Assembly (NCBI GenBank): GCA_963749075.1
Contig: CAVVLJ010000016.1
Coordinates: 576,001 to 640,000 of the forward strand
Origin: an uncultured Pseudomonadota bacterium
GTDB taxonomy: Bacteria; Pseudomonadota; Alphaproteobacteria; JACZXZ01
DNA length: 64,000 nt
Direction: 5' to 3'
Shown: positions 22,517-32,154 of the stretch, one piece after another
How the letters are laid out: each line of letters begins with the position of its first letter
Position numbering within the stretch: the first letter of the stretch is position 1
The notes under the pieces: model-generated
Told to the model about the DNA's origin: nothing
What the model saw: only the letters and a program-made list of their open reading frames with translations
The model's database searches: none
Position numbers and translations under genes: made by a program

Positions 22517-23347
22517 ATGAACTTCACCTATCGCCGCGCCTATTGCGGGCCGCTCGAGGCCGTGCTCCTGGATTGGGCCGGCACCACCATGGACTTCGGC
22601 TGCGTCGCCCCTGCGGTCGTCTTCGTCGAGGTGTTCAAGCGGCGCGGCGTGCCGATCGACATGGCCGAGGCGCGCGCCCCCATGGGTGCGCACAAGCGCG
22701 TGCACATCCAGCGCATCACCGAGCTCGATTCGGTGCGGGAGCGCTGGCAGAAGGCGCACGGACGCCTGCCAAGCGAGGCCGATGTGAACGCCATGTTCGA
22801 GGACTTCGTGCCCCTCCAGCTCAAGTGTCTCTCGGACTATTCCGAGCTCATCCCCGGCGCGCTCGAGGCGGTGGCGGCCTTGCGCAAGCGCGGCATCAAG
22901 ATCGGCTCGACGACCGGCTACACGACCGAGATGATGAGGATCAACCTCAGGGATGCGGCTCGCCAGGGCTACAAGCCGGACGTGACCGTGTGCGCGAGCG
23001 ACGTGCCGGCCGGGCGGCCCCTTCCCTACATGTGCCTCAAAAACGTGATCGACCTCGGCGTCTCGACGGTCGAGGCCTGCGTCAAGATCGACGACACGAT
23101 CCCCGGCGTGGAGGAGGGTCTCAACGCCGGCATGTGGACGATCGGGCTCGCGGTCTCGGGGAACGAGGTGGGGCTCGGCCTCAAGGAATGGCGCAAGCTG
23201 CCCAAGCCTGCGAAGGAGGAGAAGCGCGCCCGCGCCTACCGCCGCATGGCGCAGGCGGGCAGCCACTACACCGTCGACAGCATCGCCGACATCATGCCCT
23301 CGATCGACGACATCCAGGCGCGCATCCGCCGCGGCGAGCGGCCTTGA
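22517..23347 (+). CDS. phnX: Phosphonoacetaldehyde hydrolase (phosphonatase)
   Basis: LDWAGTTMDFG (HAD Asp), PMGAHKRVHI (Schiff-base Lys), KIDDT, SGNEVG. Confidence 0.95.
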   Translation: MNFTYRRAYCGPLEAVLLDWAGTTMDFGCVAPAVVFVEVFKRRGVPIDMAEARAPMGAHKRVHIQRITELDSVRERWQKAHGRLPSEADVNAMFEDFVPLQLKCLSDYSELIPGALEAVAALRKRGIKIGSTTGYTTEMMRINLRDAARQGYKPDVTVCASDVPAGRPLPYMCLKNVIDLGVSTVEACVKIDDTIPGVEEGLNAGMWTIGLAVSGNEVGLGLKEWRKLPKPAKEEKRARAYRRMAQAGSHYTVDSIADIMPSIDDIQARIRRGERP

Positions 23348-23357
23348 GGGCAGCACC

Positions 23358-24233
23358 TCAGGCGGCCGGCTTCCGCGCCAGGAGCTCGAAGAAGGCCTTC
23401 ACCACGCGCACCTCGAGGCGGTCCTTAAGGCAGGCCGCGAACTCGGTGCTCTCGATCGCCGCGTCGCGGAAGGCGACGGGTCGGAGCCGCGCGTCGTGGC
23501 CGAACTCGCTCGCGAACACCACGCCTAAGCCGAGCCCCGCTGCGACCGCCTCGCGCACCGCCTCCCGGCTGCCGATCTCGAGCGTGTCGCCGAGGCGGAT
23601 GCCGGCCTCGGCCAGCGCCTCCTCGAAGCGCGCCCGCGTGCTCGAGCCGGGCTCGCGCAGGACGAGGCGCTGCCCCGCGAGCTCGCCGAGCCGCACCGCC
23701 TTGCGCCCGGCCCAGGGATGGCGGCGCTCGACCACCAGCATGAGCCGGTCGCGGCGGAAGGGCACGGCGTGGAGACGCCCGTCGTCGGCGAGATCCGCGA
23801 GCACCGCCACGTCGCTCTTGCGCTCCAAGAGGCCGGCAAGCACCTCCTGCGAATTGCCGAAGGCGAGTGCTAGCCTGATGCCGGGAAAGCGCTCGGCGAA
23901 GGCACGCAGGAGCGGGATGATGTGATAGGGGGCGTCGGCGGCAACGCGGATGAGGCCGCGCAAGAGGCCGCGTGCCGAGAGCAGCAGCTCCTCGGCCTCG
24001 GTCTCCACGCCGAACTGCCGGCGGGTGATCTCGTGGAGCGCCTTGCCGAGCTCGGTGATCTCGACGCCTCGCCCGACGCGCTCGAAGAGCCGCACGCCGT
24101 AAGCCGCCTCGAGCTCCTTGACCTGCGCCGAGAGGGTCGGCTGCGTGAGGTGGAGTGCCGCCGCCGCGCGCGTGAAGCTGCCCTCGCTGGCGACCGCGTG
24201 GAAGGCGCGCAGCTGGGCGTGGCTTATCGACAT
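23358..24233 (-). CDS. LysR-family regulator of the phosphonate genes
   Basis: N-terminal HTH (SFTRAAAALHLTQPTLS), REPGSSTR; divergent from phnW. Confidence 0.9.
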   Translation of the reverse strand: MSISHAQLRAFHAVASEGSFTRAAAALHLTQPTLSAQVKELEAAYGVRLFERVGRGVEITELGKALHEITRRQFGVETEAEELLLSARGLLRGLIRVAADAPYHIIPLLRAFAERFPGIRLALAFGNSQEVLAGLLERKSDVAVLADLADDGRLHAVPFRRDRLMLVVERRHPWAGRKAVRLGELAGQRLVLREPGSSTRARFEEALAEAGIRLGDTLEIGSREAVREAVAAGLGLGVVFASEFGHDARLRPVAFRDAAIESTEFAACLKDRLEVRVVKAFFELLARKPAA

Positions 24234-24271
24234 GGTCTATCCGTCACATAGTTTTTATCGATTTGCTTTAT
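24225..24271 (+). promoter_or_regulatory. LysR operator between the LysR gene and phnW
   Basis: TATCGACATGGTCTATCCGTCACATAGTTTTTATCGATTTGCTTTAT, same architecture as 22403-22449; overlaps the LysR start codon. Confidence 0.7.
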
Positions 24272-24343
24272 GCTAGCGGCGCGGCGCATAAGGGACAAGG
24301 GGTGCGGTGGGGTGCTCCGAGAGCGGGCGCCGAAAGGGACTCG

Positions 24344-25537
24344 ATGATGACCGACCGCGACAGGACTGCGACGGTGCCGGCGCGCGCGCACTCGCCGACG
24401 GGCGATCCCTGGCTGCTCACGCCCGGGCCGCTCACCACCTCGCCCGCGGTCAAGGAAGCGATGCTGCACGACTTGGGCTCGCGCGACGGCAAATTCATCG
24501 CGCTCAACCGCCGGGTGCGCGAGCGCCTGCTGGCGGTCGTGAGCGGCGCCGCCACGCACGTCTGCGTGCCCCTCCAGGGCAGCGGCACCTTCGTGGTCGA
24601 GGCCATGATCGGCACTTTCGTGCCCATGGACGGCAAGCTCCTCATCCTGGTGAACGGCGCCTACGGCAAGCGCATGGCGCGCATCTGCGGCTACTACGGC
24701 ATGGCCCATGAGGTGATCGAGGTGCGGGAGGACCGCGCGGTCGATCCCGCGGCGCTCGAGCGCCGCCTCGCCGCCGAGCCGGATCTGACCCACGTCGCGG
24801 TGGTGCATACCGAGACCACCTCGGGCGTGCTCAATCCGCTTCAAGAGGTGGCGGAGGTCACGGCGCGGCACGGCCGCCGGTTGCTCGTCGATGCCATGAG
24901 CTCGTTCGGCGCACTCCCCATCGATGCGCGGAGGACGCCGTTCGATGCGCTCGTCGCCTCGAGCAACAAATGCCTCGAGGGCGTGCCCGGGCTCGGCTTC
25001 TGCATCGCCCGGCGCGAGGCACTCGAGGCGGCCGAAGGTACCGCGCCCTCGCTGAGCCTCGACCTCCACGATCAATGGACGGCAATGGAGGCGAACGGCC
25101 AGTGGCGCTTCACGCCTCCCGTCCACGTCATCCTGGCGCTCGACAAGGCGCTCGACGAGTTCGAGGCGGAGGGCGGCACCGCTGGACGCGGCGGGCGCTA
25201 CCGCGAGAACTGCCGCATCCTCCTCGAGGGCCTCAAGGCACTCGGCTTCGAGACGCTCCTCGAGGAGCGCATCCAGGCGCCCAACATCGTCACGGTCCGC
25301 ATGCCGGCCGATGCCAATTTCGTCTTCGGCGCCTTCTACGCGCGGCTTGCCGAGGCGGGTTACGTGATCTATCCCGGCAAGCTCACGGTGGCCGAGAGCT
25401 TCCGCATCGGCTGCATCGGCCGCCTCGGGCCAGCCGAGATGAATGGCGCGCTCGACGCCATCCGCAGGACCCTCGGCGAGATGGGCGTGGCGAGCTGCGC
25501 CGCGAGCCCCGCGGGTACCGCACGCAAGCGGGCCTAG
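24344..25537 (+). CDS. phnW: 2-aminoethylphosphonate--pyruvate transaminase
   Basis: LLTPGPLTTS, LQGSGT, NGAYG, DAMSSFG, SSNKCLEGVPG, QWRFTPP, IYPGKL. Confidence 0.95.
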   Translation: MMTDRDRTATVPARAHSPTGDPWLLTPGPLTTSPAVKEAMLHDLGSRDGKFIALNRRVRERLLAVVSGAATHVCVPLQGSGTFVVEAMIGTFVPMDGKLLILVNGAYGKRMARICGYYGMAHEVIEVREDRAVDPAALERRLAAEPDLTHVAVVHTETTSGVLNPLQEVAEVTARHGRRLLVDAMSSFGALPIDARRTPFDALVASSNKCLEGVPGLGFCIARREALEAAEGTAPSLSLDLHDQWTAMEANGQWRFTPPVHVILALDKALDEFEAEGGTAGRGGRYRENCRILLEGLKALGFETLLEERIQAPNIVTVRMPADANFVFGAFYARLAEAGYVIYPGKLTVAESFRIGCIGRLGPAEMNGALDAIRRTLGEMGVASCAASPAGTARKRA

Positions 25538-25556
25538 GCCAGGGGAAATCATCAGT

Positions 25557-26960
25557 ATGGCAAGGATCGAGCGCGCCGAGCGCCGCCCGCCCAAGCCCTC
25601 CGAGGGCGACGTCAACCTCTCGCCGCGGCGCCGGCGCTGGGCCGCGCGCAACATCGACGCCGCGACCCGCGCGCTGCTCGAGGCCGACGAGCGCAATTTC
25701 CTCCGCCAGGCGGTCTCCACACCCTGCCTCGACGCCGTGCGCAAGGCGGAGGGCATCTGGATCGAGGACCTGGCGGGCCGGCGCTACATGGACTTCCACG
25801 GCAACAACGTGCATCACATCGGCTACGGCCATCCCCGCCTCAAGGCGGCGATCGCGCGCCAGATGGACGAGCTGCCCTTCGCCCCGCGGCGCTTCACCTG
25901 CGCCCCCGCGGTCGAGCTCGCGGAGAAGCTCGCGGCGTTGGCACCGGGCGGCCTCACGAAGGCGCTCTTCGCACCCGGCGGCTCAGAGGCCGTCGAGATC
26001 GCCATCAAGATCGCGCGCGCCGCCACGGGCCGCTACAAGACCCTCTCGTTCTGGGACTCCTTCCACGGCGCCGGCTTCGCAGCTGCCAGCGTCGGCGGCG
26101 AGGAGCTCTTCCGCGCAAGTGCCATCGGCCCCCTCATGCCGGGCGCCGAGCACGTGCCGCCCTATAGCTGCTACCGCAATCCCTTCGGTCCCGGCCACAC
26201 GAGCAAGGCCCTCCACAACGAGAGCTGCCGCACCGTCTTCCTCAACATGGTGCGCTATGCGCTCGAGAAGGAGGGCGACATCGCGGCGGTGATCGCCGAG
26301 CCCATCCGCGCCGTGCCCTATCTGCCGCCGCCGGGCTTCTGGCAGGGCGTGCGCGAGGCCTGCGACCGCCACGGCACGCTCCTCATCTTCGACGAGATCC
26401 CGACGGGGCTCGGCAAGACCGGCCGCTTCTTCGCTTGCGAGCATGACGGTGTGGCGCCCGACATCCTGGTGCTCGGCAAGGCGCTCGGCGGCGGCATCCT
26501 GCCGCTCGCGGCCGTCCTGGCACGGCCCGAGCTCGACGTGGGCGAGCGCTACGCCTTCGGCCATTACACCCACGAGAAGAACCCGGTGCTCGCCCGCGCA
26601 GCGCTCGAGACCATCGCCATCATCGAGGAGGAGGGCCTGGTCGAGAACGCGGCGCGCGTGGGGGCACTCGCCCTCGAGCGCATGGCGGCGATGATGGACC
26701 GCCATCCCCTCATCGGCGACGTGCGCGGCCGCGGCCTCCTTCTCGGCATCGAGCTCGTCGAGGACCGCGACAGCAAGGCGCCGGCGAGCGACGCGGCCGA
26801 GGCGGTGCTCTACGCCTCGCTCGAGCGCGGCCTGAGCTTCAAGACCACGATGGGGAACGTGCTGACCCTCACCCCGCCGCTCACCATCAGCGCCGCCGAG
26901 ATGGAGAAGGCGCTCGACATCGTCGAGGCGGCGATCGCGGAGGTGGAGGGGGCGCGCTGA
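25557..26960 (+). CDS. pbfA: (R)-1-hydroxy-2-aminoethylphosphonate ammonia-lyase (class III aminotransferase fold)
   Basis: SEGDVN N-terminus, DFHGNNVH, SFWDSFHGA, GHYTHEKNP; directly follows phnW. Confidence 0.8.
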   Translation: MARIERAERRPPKPSEGDVNLSPRRRRWAARNIDAATRALLEADERNFLRQAVSTPCLDAVRKAEGIWIEDLAGRRYMDFHGNNVHHIGYGHPRLKAAIARQMDELPFAPRRFTCAPAVELAEKLAALAPGGLTKALFAPGGSEAVEIAIKIARAATGRYKTLSFWDSFHGAGFAAASVGGEELFRASAIGPLMPGAEHVPPYSCYRNPFGPGHTSKALHNESCRTVFLNMVRYALEKEGDIAAVIAEPIRAVPYLPPPGFWQGVREACDRHGTLLIFDEIPTGLGKTGRFFACEHDGVAPDILVLGKALGGGILPLAAVLARPELDVGERYAFGHYTHEKNPVLARAALETIAIIEEEGLVENAARVGALALERMAAMMDRHPLIGDVRGRGLLLGIELVEDRDSKAPASDAAEAVLYASLERGLSFKTTMGNVLTLTPPLTISAAEMEKALDIVEAAIAEVEGAR

Positions 26961-27116
26961 GGCCAGTGTACGAGGGCGCATATTCACGCCTTGGGCTTGT
27001 TGAGCCGGCCTGCTCAAGGTCCGTTTGACGCCTGACAGCGGCCGGACAGCGAATATCGAGGAAGGTCCAGGTAGTGCCATCGCGCCCGGCCGAAATATCA
27101 GCCGACTTGGAATGCG

Positions 27117-27749
27117 TCACGGGCGGCTTGCTAAGGCCTTCAGCATTGCGGCGCGACCGTCGAGCCACTCGAGTAGATCATCATAGGTCAAGATAGACAA
27201 CTTGGCGCCGCCAACAATTGTGTTTTTGGACCGCCAGTCGAGCCGATGGCGATTGTAGACGGACACCTCGCTACTCCGGCCCACGATAACAAGACCCATT
27301 GACGTGACATGCCTAGCCCCAAAATCGCGTTCCATGACATCGGTACCCGTCTCCCTGTCGATCCGAAACAGCCAGTCGACGACCTGCGAAACACCATGCT
27401 CAACACGTGTCCCCCAGTGAGCGTTTTTGCGCCCCTCCTCTGGCCGAAATAGGCTTGTCGCAGACGCGTCTTCAAATTCGACGAAGAGGAAGGCAGCATC
27501 TTGCAGGTTTCCGGCTATGAGATCGCACACAAAGTCGCCCCAGAGAGGGACCTCCACTTTGACGTGAGTTCCAGTGCTGACCCTATCGACGAGGGTTCCA
27601 AGATACGCGCAAAGTTGCAGATGGGCCTCGAAGAAAGGCAGGAAATGCTTGCGTTCACCGCGAGGATTAGAATTCAGGAATGCACGAAATTCCTCGATTT
27701 CCTTGATCAGAGCTGATGCATCCGGATCAATTTCGGCTACGAGCGGCAT
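27117..27749 (-). CDS. Shedu-type (DUF4263) PD-(D/E)xK nuclease domain protein, no N-terminal sensor
   Basis: 210 aa with GDFVCDL...VEFE, QVVDW, VIVGR and C-terminal ILTYDDLL motifs; lower GC; ATG overlaps the upstream TGA. Confidence 0.75.
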   Translation of the reverse strand: MPLVAEIDPDASALIKEIEEFRAFLNSNPRGERKHFLPFFEAHLQLCAYLGTLVDRVSTGTHVKVEVPLWGDFVCDLIAGNLQDAAFLFVEFEDASATSLFRPEEGRKNAHWGTRVEHGVSQVVDWLFRIDRETGTDVMERDFGARHVTSMGLVIVGRSSEVSVYNRHRLDWRSKNTIVGGAKLSILTYDDLLEWLDGRAAMLKALASRP

Positions 27750-28027
27750 CAGCTGGCAGCGCGCTTTTGCCAATATTGCTCTAGTTGATCAGGCCGGGCT
27801 ACGGCAACAACTATGATCTGATTGCCCGCGATCCGCACCAAGGCGCGGAGACGAGAGGTAATTCCTAATTCCCAAAGCTCCTCGCTCCTGGGAATCCGCC
27901 TGAGATTGGTCCGCATTCCGTGGAAATCCTGCGCAAGCTTCCGCAGCATCTCGTCGGTTCGACTTTCATCCGACTCTGGCAGCGTGGACAGCTGCGCCCT
28001 AATCGCACTATTGATCACAAGTTCCAT
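27749..28027 (-). CDS. Small RelE/ParE-fold-like protein (92 aa)
   Basis: GAGGAAGGAG RBS; strand-helix-helix followed by LWELGITSRLRALVRIAGNQIIVVAV, resembling the RelE beta meander. Confidence 0.55.
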   Translation of the reverse strand: MELVINSAIRAQLSTLPESDESRTDEMLRKLAQDFHGMRTNLRRIPRSEELWELGITSRLRALVRIAGNQIIVVAVARPDQLEQYWQKRAAS

Positions 28028-28454
28028 AGTCTCTCCTTCCTCGCGTTGAGCATGGGCAGAGATGTCAGTTTGCAACCTTCTCAAATGACCTATTCATTTA
28101 TGATACCACGAATTAAATCAACTGCCCCTTGAGCCTTGTTCCGGGGAAGCTATCCTACGGCAACGGAGGGGCAACCACAAAACGCCCCAATGACGTCCTC
28201 GTGCTAACGCCATGGGCGTAGATCAGATCGCGGGCTTCTCCTGATCGAGCGCATCGCATCCAAGACAAGCTCTACTCTGGGCCAATCGCTTCGGTTCCGC
28301 CATGTCGGCGACATGTCCGGTGAGCAAAAAATCCCGCAAACGCCGGTTTGCCATTGAGGGCACCGCGACGGGCCCGAACAAGGTTAGAGGGAACTGTCTT
28401 GCCGTCATTAAGCCAGTGTCGATGGGACTTCGGCGGCGTTTATGAATTCGCGCC

Positions 28455-29994
28455 CTAACCACCCTCCTCGCCGGCGTAGTCCGTGCGCTCGAGGTTGCCG
28501 AAGCGGGTGAGGGCGCCTTCGAACTGCAGGTACACCTTGCCGATCGGCCCGTGGCGCTGCTTGGCGATCGCGACCTCGGCGGTGTTGTGGATTTTCTCGC
28601 CGTGCGCCTGCCAGCGCGCCATGCGGTCGTTGAACTTCTCGTCGCTCTCCTCCTGGCGCTGCTTGGGCTCGGCGCGCTCGTGGTAGTACTCCTCGCGGAA
28701 GATGAACATCACCACGTCCGCGTCCTGCTCGATCGAGCCCGAACTCGCGCAAGTCGGCGAGCTGCGGCCGGCGGTCCTCGCGCTGCTCGACGGCGCGGCT
28801 CAATTGCGAGAGCGCCAGCACCGGCAGATCGAGCTCCTTGGCGAGCGCCTTCAGGCCGCGGGTGATCTCCGAGACCTCCTGCACGCGGTTGTCGCTGCGC
28901 GTCACGCCGCCCGTGTGAAGGAGCTGCAGGTAGTCGACGACGACGAGGCCGAGGCCGTGCTGGCGCTTGAGCCGGCGCGCCCGCGTGCGCAGCTGCGGCA
29001 CGGTCAAGGCCGGCGAGTCGTCGATGAAGAGATGCAGGTGCTGGAGGCGCTGCACCGCCTCGATGAAGCGCGGGAAGTCCTCGCGGCTGACTTCGCCCTG
29101 GCGGATGCGGTCGGAGGGGATCTCGGTCTGCTCGGCGAGGATGCGGTTGGCGAGCTGCTCGGCCGACATCTCGAGCGAGAAAAAGGCGACCTTGGCGCCC
29201 TCGGCGGGCACCATCTTGCCTTCCTCGTCGGCCTCCTCGCGGTAGGCGGCGGCGGCGTTGAAGGCGATGTTGGTGGCGAGCGCCGTCTTCCCCATCGAGG
29301 GCCGGCCCGCGAGGATGACGAGGTCGGAAGCGTGGAGGCCGCCCAGCTTGCGGTCGAGATCCATGAGCCCGGTGGTGACGCCGGTGACGTGGCTCGAGCG
29401 CTTGAACGCGGCCTCGGCGCTGGCGATGGCCTCGGTCATGGCCTCGGCGAGCGGCACGAAGCCGCCCTCGAGTTCGCCCGTCGTGGCGAGCTCGTAGAGG
29501 TTGCGCTCGGCCTCCTCGATCTGCTGCGCCGCGTCCTCCGCGACCGTCATCTCGAAGGCGCGGTTGACGACCTCGGTGCCGAGCTCGATGAGGGCGCGGC
29601 GCAAGTGGAGATCGTGGATGGTGCGGCCGTACTCGCCGGCGTTGATGATGCTGATGGCGCTGGCCTCGAGGCGCGCCAGGTACTTCGATCCGCCCACCTC
29701 GTCGAGCGCGCGGTCCTGCTCGAAGAAGGCCTTGAGCGTGATCGAGTTGGCCAGCTGACCGCGCTCGATGAGGCGGGCGCAGGAGGCGAAGATGCGGCCG
29801 TGCCGCGGGTCGACGAAATGCTCGGGCCGGAGATATTCCGACACCTTCTCGTAGGCTCGGTTGTTGGAGAGCACGGCGCCGAGCAGCGCCATCTCCGCCT
29901 CGGTGTTGTTGGGCGGAGTGCGCAAACCCACCGCCCCCTCGATGCCGACGATGAGCGGCGTGAGGCTGGAACTCTCTTTGGACAGGGTGGCCAT
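28455..29994 (-). CDS. dnaB: Replicative DNA helicase; apparent +1 frameshift at about 28742
   Basis: [26 protein letters not shown]; removing one base restores [16 protein letters not shown] and joins the 28455..28715 C-terminal frame (AKQRHGP). Confidence 0.95.
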
Positions 29995-30189
29995 GATCGG
30001 GCCACCTTAGCGCGCGTCCCCCGCGGGCGCCATAGCATCTCCGTCATCGAAATAGGAGGAACACGGGGATAAAGCGTCAACGAACGCCATCGACTCGATC
30101 GGCTCTGCGATGCCGGCTACGCCGCGTGTCGGACGGTCGCGAGCGCGACTCGGCCGTTCGAGGCGACTCGGACGCGCGGGCGGCCGGTC

Positions 30190-31431
30190 TCAGGCGCGCG
30201 AGAAGGGGGAGAGGTTTCCCTCGGTCGCGCGCTCGCGCTCCCAATCGAGCATGTAGTCGCGCGTGAGCGGCACCGCGTCCTGGCGCTTGGTGAGCTGCAT
30301 CTGGAAGACCATCTGGCGCATGTAGCGGAACGCCACCTCGCAGCCGGTCAGGTAGAACTCCCACATGCGGCAGAAGCGCTCGTCGTAGAGCTTGAGTATC
30401 TCGCCGCGGTTGGCCATGAAGCGCCGGCGCCACTCGCTGATGGTCTTGGCATAGTGCAGGCGCAGGATCTCGATGTCGGCGACCCACAGGCCCACGCGCT
30501 CGACCGCCGCCAGCACCTCGGAGAGCGCCGGCGTATAGCCGCCGGGAAAGATGTACTTGCGAACCCAAGGGTTGGTGCCGCCGGGCGGCTCCATGCGCCC
30601 GATCGAGTGGAGGAGGCAGACCCCGTCGTCGGCGAGAAGCTCCTTCACCTTGGCGAAGAACTCGCGGTAATAGAGCGGCCCGACGTGCTCGAACATGCCG
30701 ACCGAGACGATGCGGTCGTAGCGGCCCTGCTCCTCGCGATAGTCGCGCAGCGCGAAGCGGACGCGCCCGTCGAGCCCGGCGGCGGAAGCGCGGCGGCGCG
30801 AGGTCGCGAGCTGTTCCTCGGAGAGGGTGAGGCCCGTGACCTCGACCGCGTCCGCGAGCTCGGCGAGGTAGAGCGCCAGGCCGCCCCAGCCGCTGCCGAT
30901 GTCGAGCACCTTCATGTGCGGTCCGATGCGCAGCTTGGAGGCGATGTGGCCCTTCTTGTTGTCTTGCGCGACCTCGAGGCTCTCGTTGCCGGAAGTGAAG
31001 TAGGCGCAGGAATATTGCCGGTCCTTGTCGAGGAAGAGGTCGTAGAGCCGGCCCGAGAGGTCGTAGTGATGGGCCACGTTGCGCTTCGCCTTGCCGAGGT
31101 CGTTCAAGGTGCGCAAGGGACGCAGCCAGCGCTGCACCGTCTCGAAGTGCAGCTGCACCGGGTGGGCCTCCTCGCGCTCCATGTTGCTCAGCATGAGCGC
31201 GAGGAAATCCTCCAGGCCGCCCTCCTCGATGGTGAGCGTGCCGTCCATGAAGGCCTCGCCGAGATAGAGGCTCGGGTGGAAGAAGAGCTTGTAGTGGAGC
31301 TTGGGATCGTGAAGGCGGATGGTGGAGGTGTGGCCGCCCCCCTCACCGAACGTGTGCGTGCGGCCGCGCGCGTCGACGACCTTGAGGCGGCCGACCCGGA
31401 TGACACGCTCCAGGAGGTGGCGCAGCAGCAT
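30190..31431 (-). CDS. cfa: Cyclopropane-fatty-acyl-phospholipid synthase
   Basis: NVAHHYDL, YSCAYF, LDIGSGWGG, SVGMFEHVG, YIFPGG. Confidence 0.92.
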   Translation of the reverse strand: MLLRHLLERVIRVGRLKVVDARGRTHTFGEGGGHTSTIRLHDPKLHYKLFFHPSLYLGEAFMDGTLTIEEGGLEDFLALMLSNMEREEAHPVQLHFETVQRWLRPLRTLNDLGKAKRNVAHHYDLSGRLYDLFLDKDRQYSCAYFTSGNESLEVAQDNKKGHIASKLRIGPHMKVLDIGSGWGGLALYLAELADAVEVTGLTLSEEQLATSRRRASAAGLDGRVRFALRDYREEQGRYDRIVSVGMFEHVGPLYYREFFAKVKELLADDGVCLLHSIGRMEPPGGTNPWVRKYIFPGGYTPALSEVLAAVERVGLWVADIEILRLHYAKTISEWRRRFMANRGEILKLYDERFCRMWEFYLTGCEVAFRYMRQMVFQMQLTKRQDAVPLTRDYMLDWERERATEGNLSPFSRA

Positions 31432-31567
31432 GGCCCTCTTCCATGCCTCTCATGTGTCCGCCCTCGCGAACAGGCTCTTCGGGCCTCCCCCGGGCGGACC
31501 TAGCCAGCGTATATTGCAGACTCCGCGGCCTTCTGTACAGCGCGCCGAGAGGCGGCAGAGCAGTACC

Positions 31568-32143
31568 TCAGGAGGCCGCAGGCTCGGCGCCTGCAGGCTC
31601 CTCGGCCGCGGCCGGGGCCTGGGCGGCCGGCTCCTCTGCCTCCGGCTCGACGGGACCGATTATGGCACCGCCGCGCTCGACCTGGAGCCGCGCCTCCTCG
31701 GCCGAGCGTGCCACGTTCACCGTCACCGTGACGACCACCTCCGGATGGAGCGCCACGCGCACCGGATGGAGGCCGAGCATCTTGATCGGGTGGTCGAGCT
31801 GCACCATGCGCCGCTCGACCATATGCCCGGCGGCGGCGAGTGCCTCGGCGATATCGCGCGCCGAGGCCGAGCCGAAGAGCTGGCCCGTCTCGCTCGCCTG
31901 GCGCACCAGGGTGACGACGAGGCCGTCGAGGCCGCCGGACATGCCCGCGGCCTCCTTGAGCTTCTCCTCGTTGAGGGCCTCGAGCTCACCTCGCCGCGTC
32001 TCGAAATAGTCCCGGTTCGCCTTGGTCGCGCGCAACGCCTTCTTCTCCGGCAGGAGGTAGTTGCGCGCGTAGCCCGCCTTGACCTTGACCACGTCGCCGA
32101 TCTTTCCCAGCTTCTCGATGCGCTCGAGGAGAATCACGTCCAT
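31568..32143 (-). CDS. rplI: 50S ribosomal protein L9
   Basis: [36 protein letters not shown]. Confidence 0.98.
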   Translation of the reverse strand: MDVILLERIEKLGKIGDVVKVKAGYARNYLLPEKKALRATKANRDYFETRRGELEALNEEKLKEAAGMSGGLDGLVVTLVRQASETGQLFGSASARDIAEALAAAGHMVERRMVQLDHPIKMLGLHPVRVALHPEVVVTVTVNVARSAEEARLQVERGGAIIGPVEPEAEEPAAQAPAAAEEPAGAEPAAS

Positions 32144-32154
32144 GGCACTCGCTC

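Noticed and set aside
22517-26960. phnW-phnX-pbfA as a new pathway
   Set aside because: Already-described route for 2-AEP and (R)-1-hydroxy-2-aminoethylphosphonate catabolism.
28223-28462. 79-aa ORF downstream of dnaB as a third gene of the insert
   Set aside because: No recognisable motif; it crosses degenerate palindromic sequence and is probably non-coding.
28455-29994. dnaB as a pseudogene, programmed frameshift or intein host
   Set aside because: Essential gene, no slippery sequence or insertion, and the same one-base error occurs at another GANTC site; an artefact is more likely.
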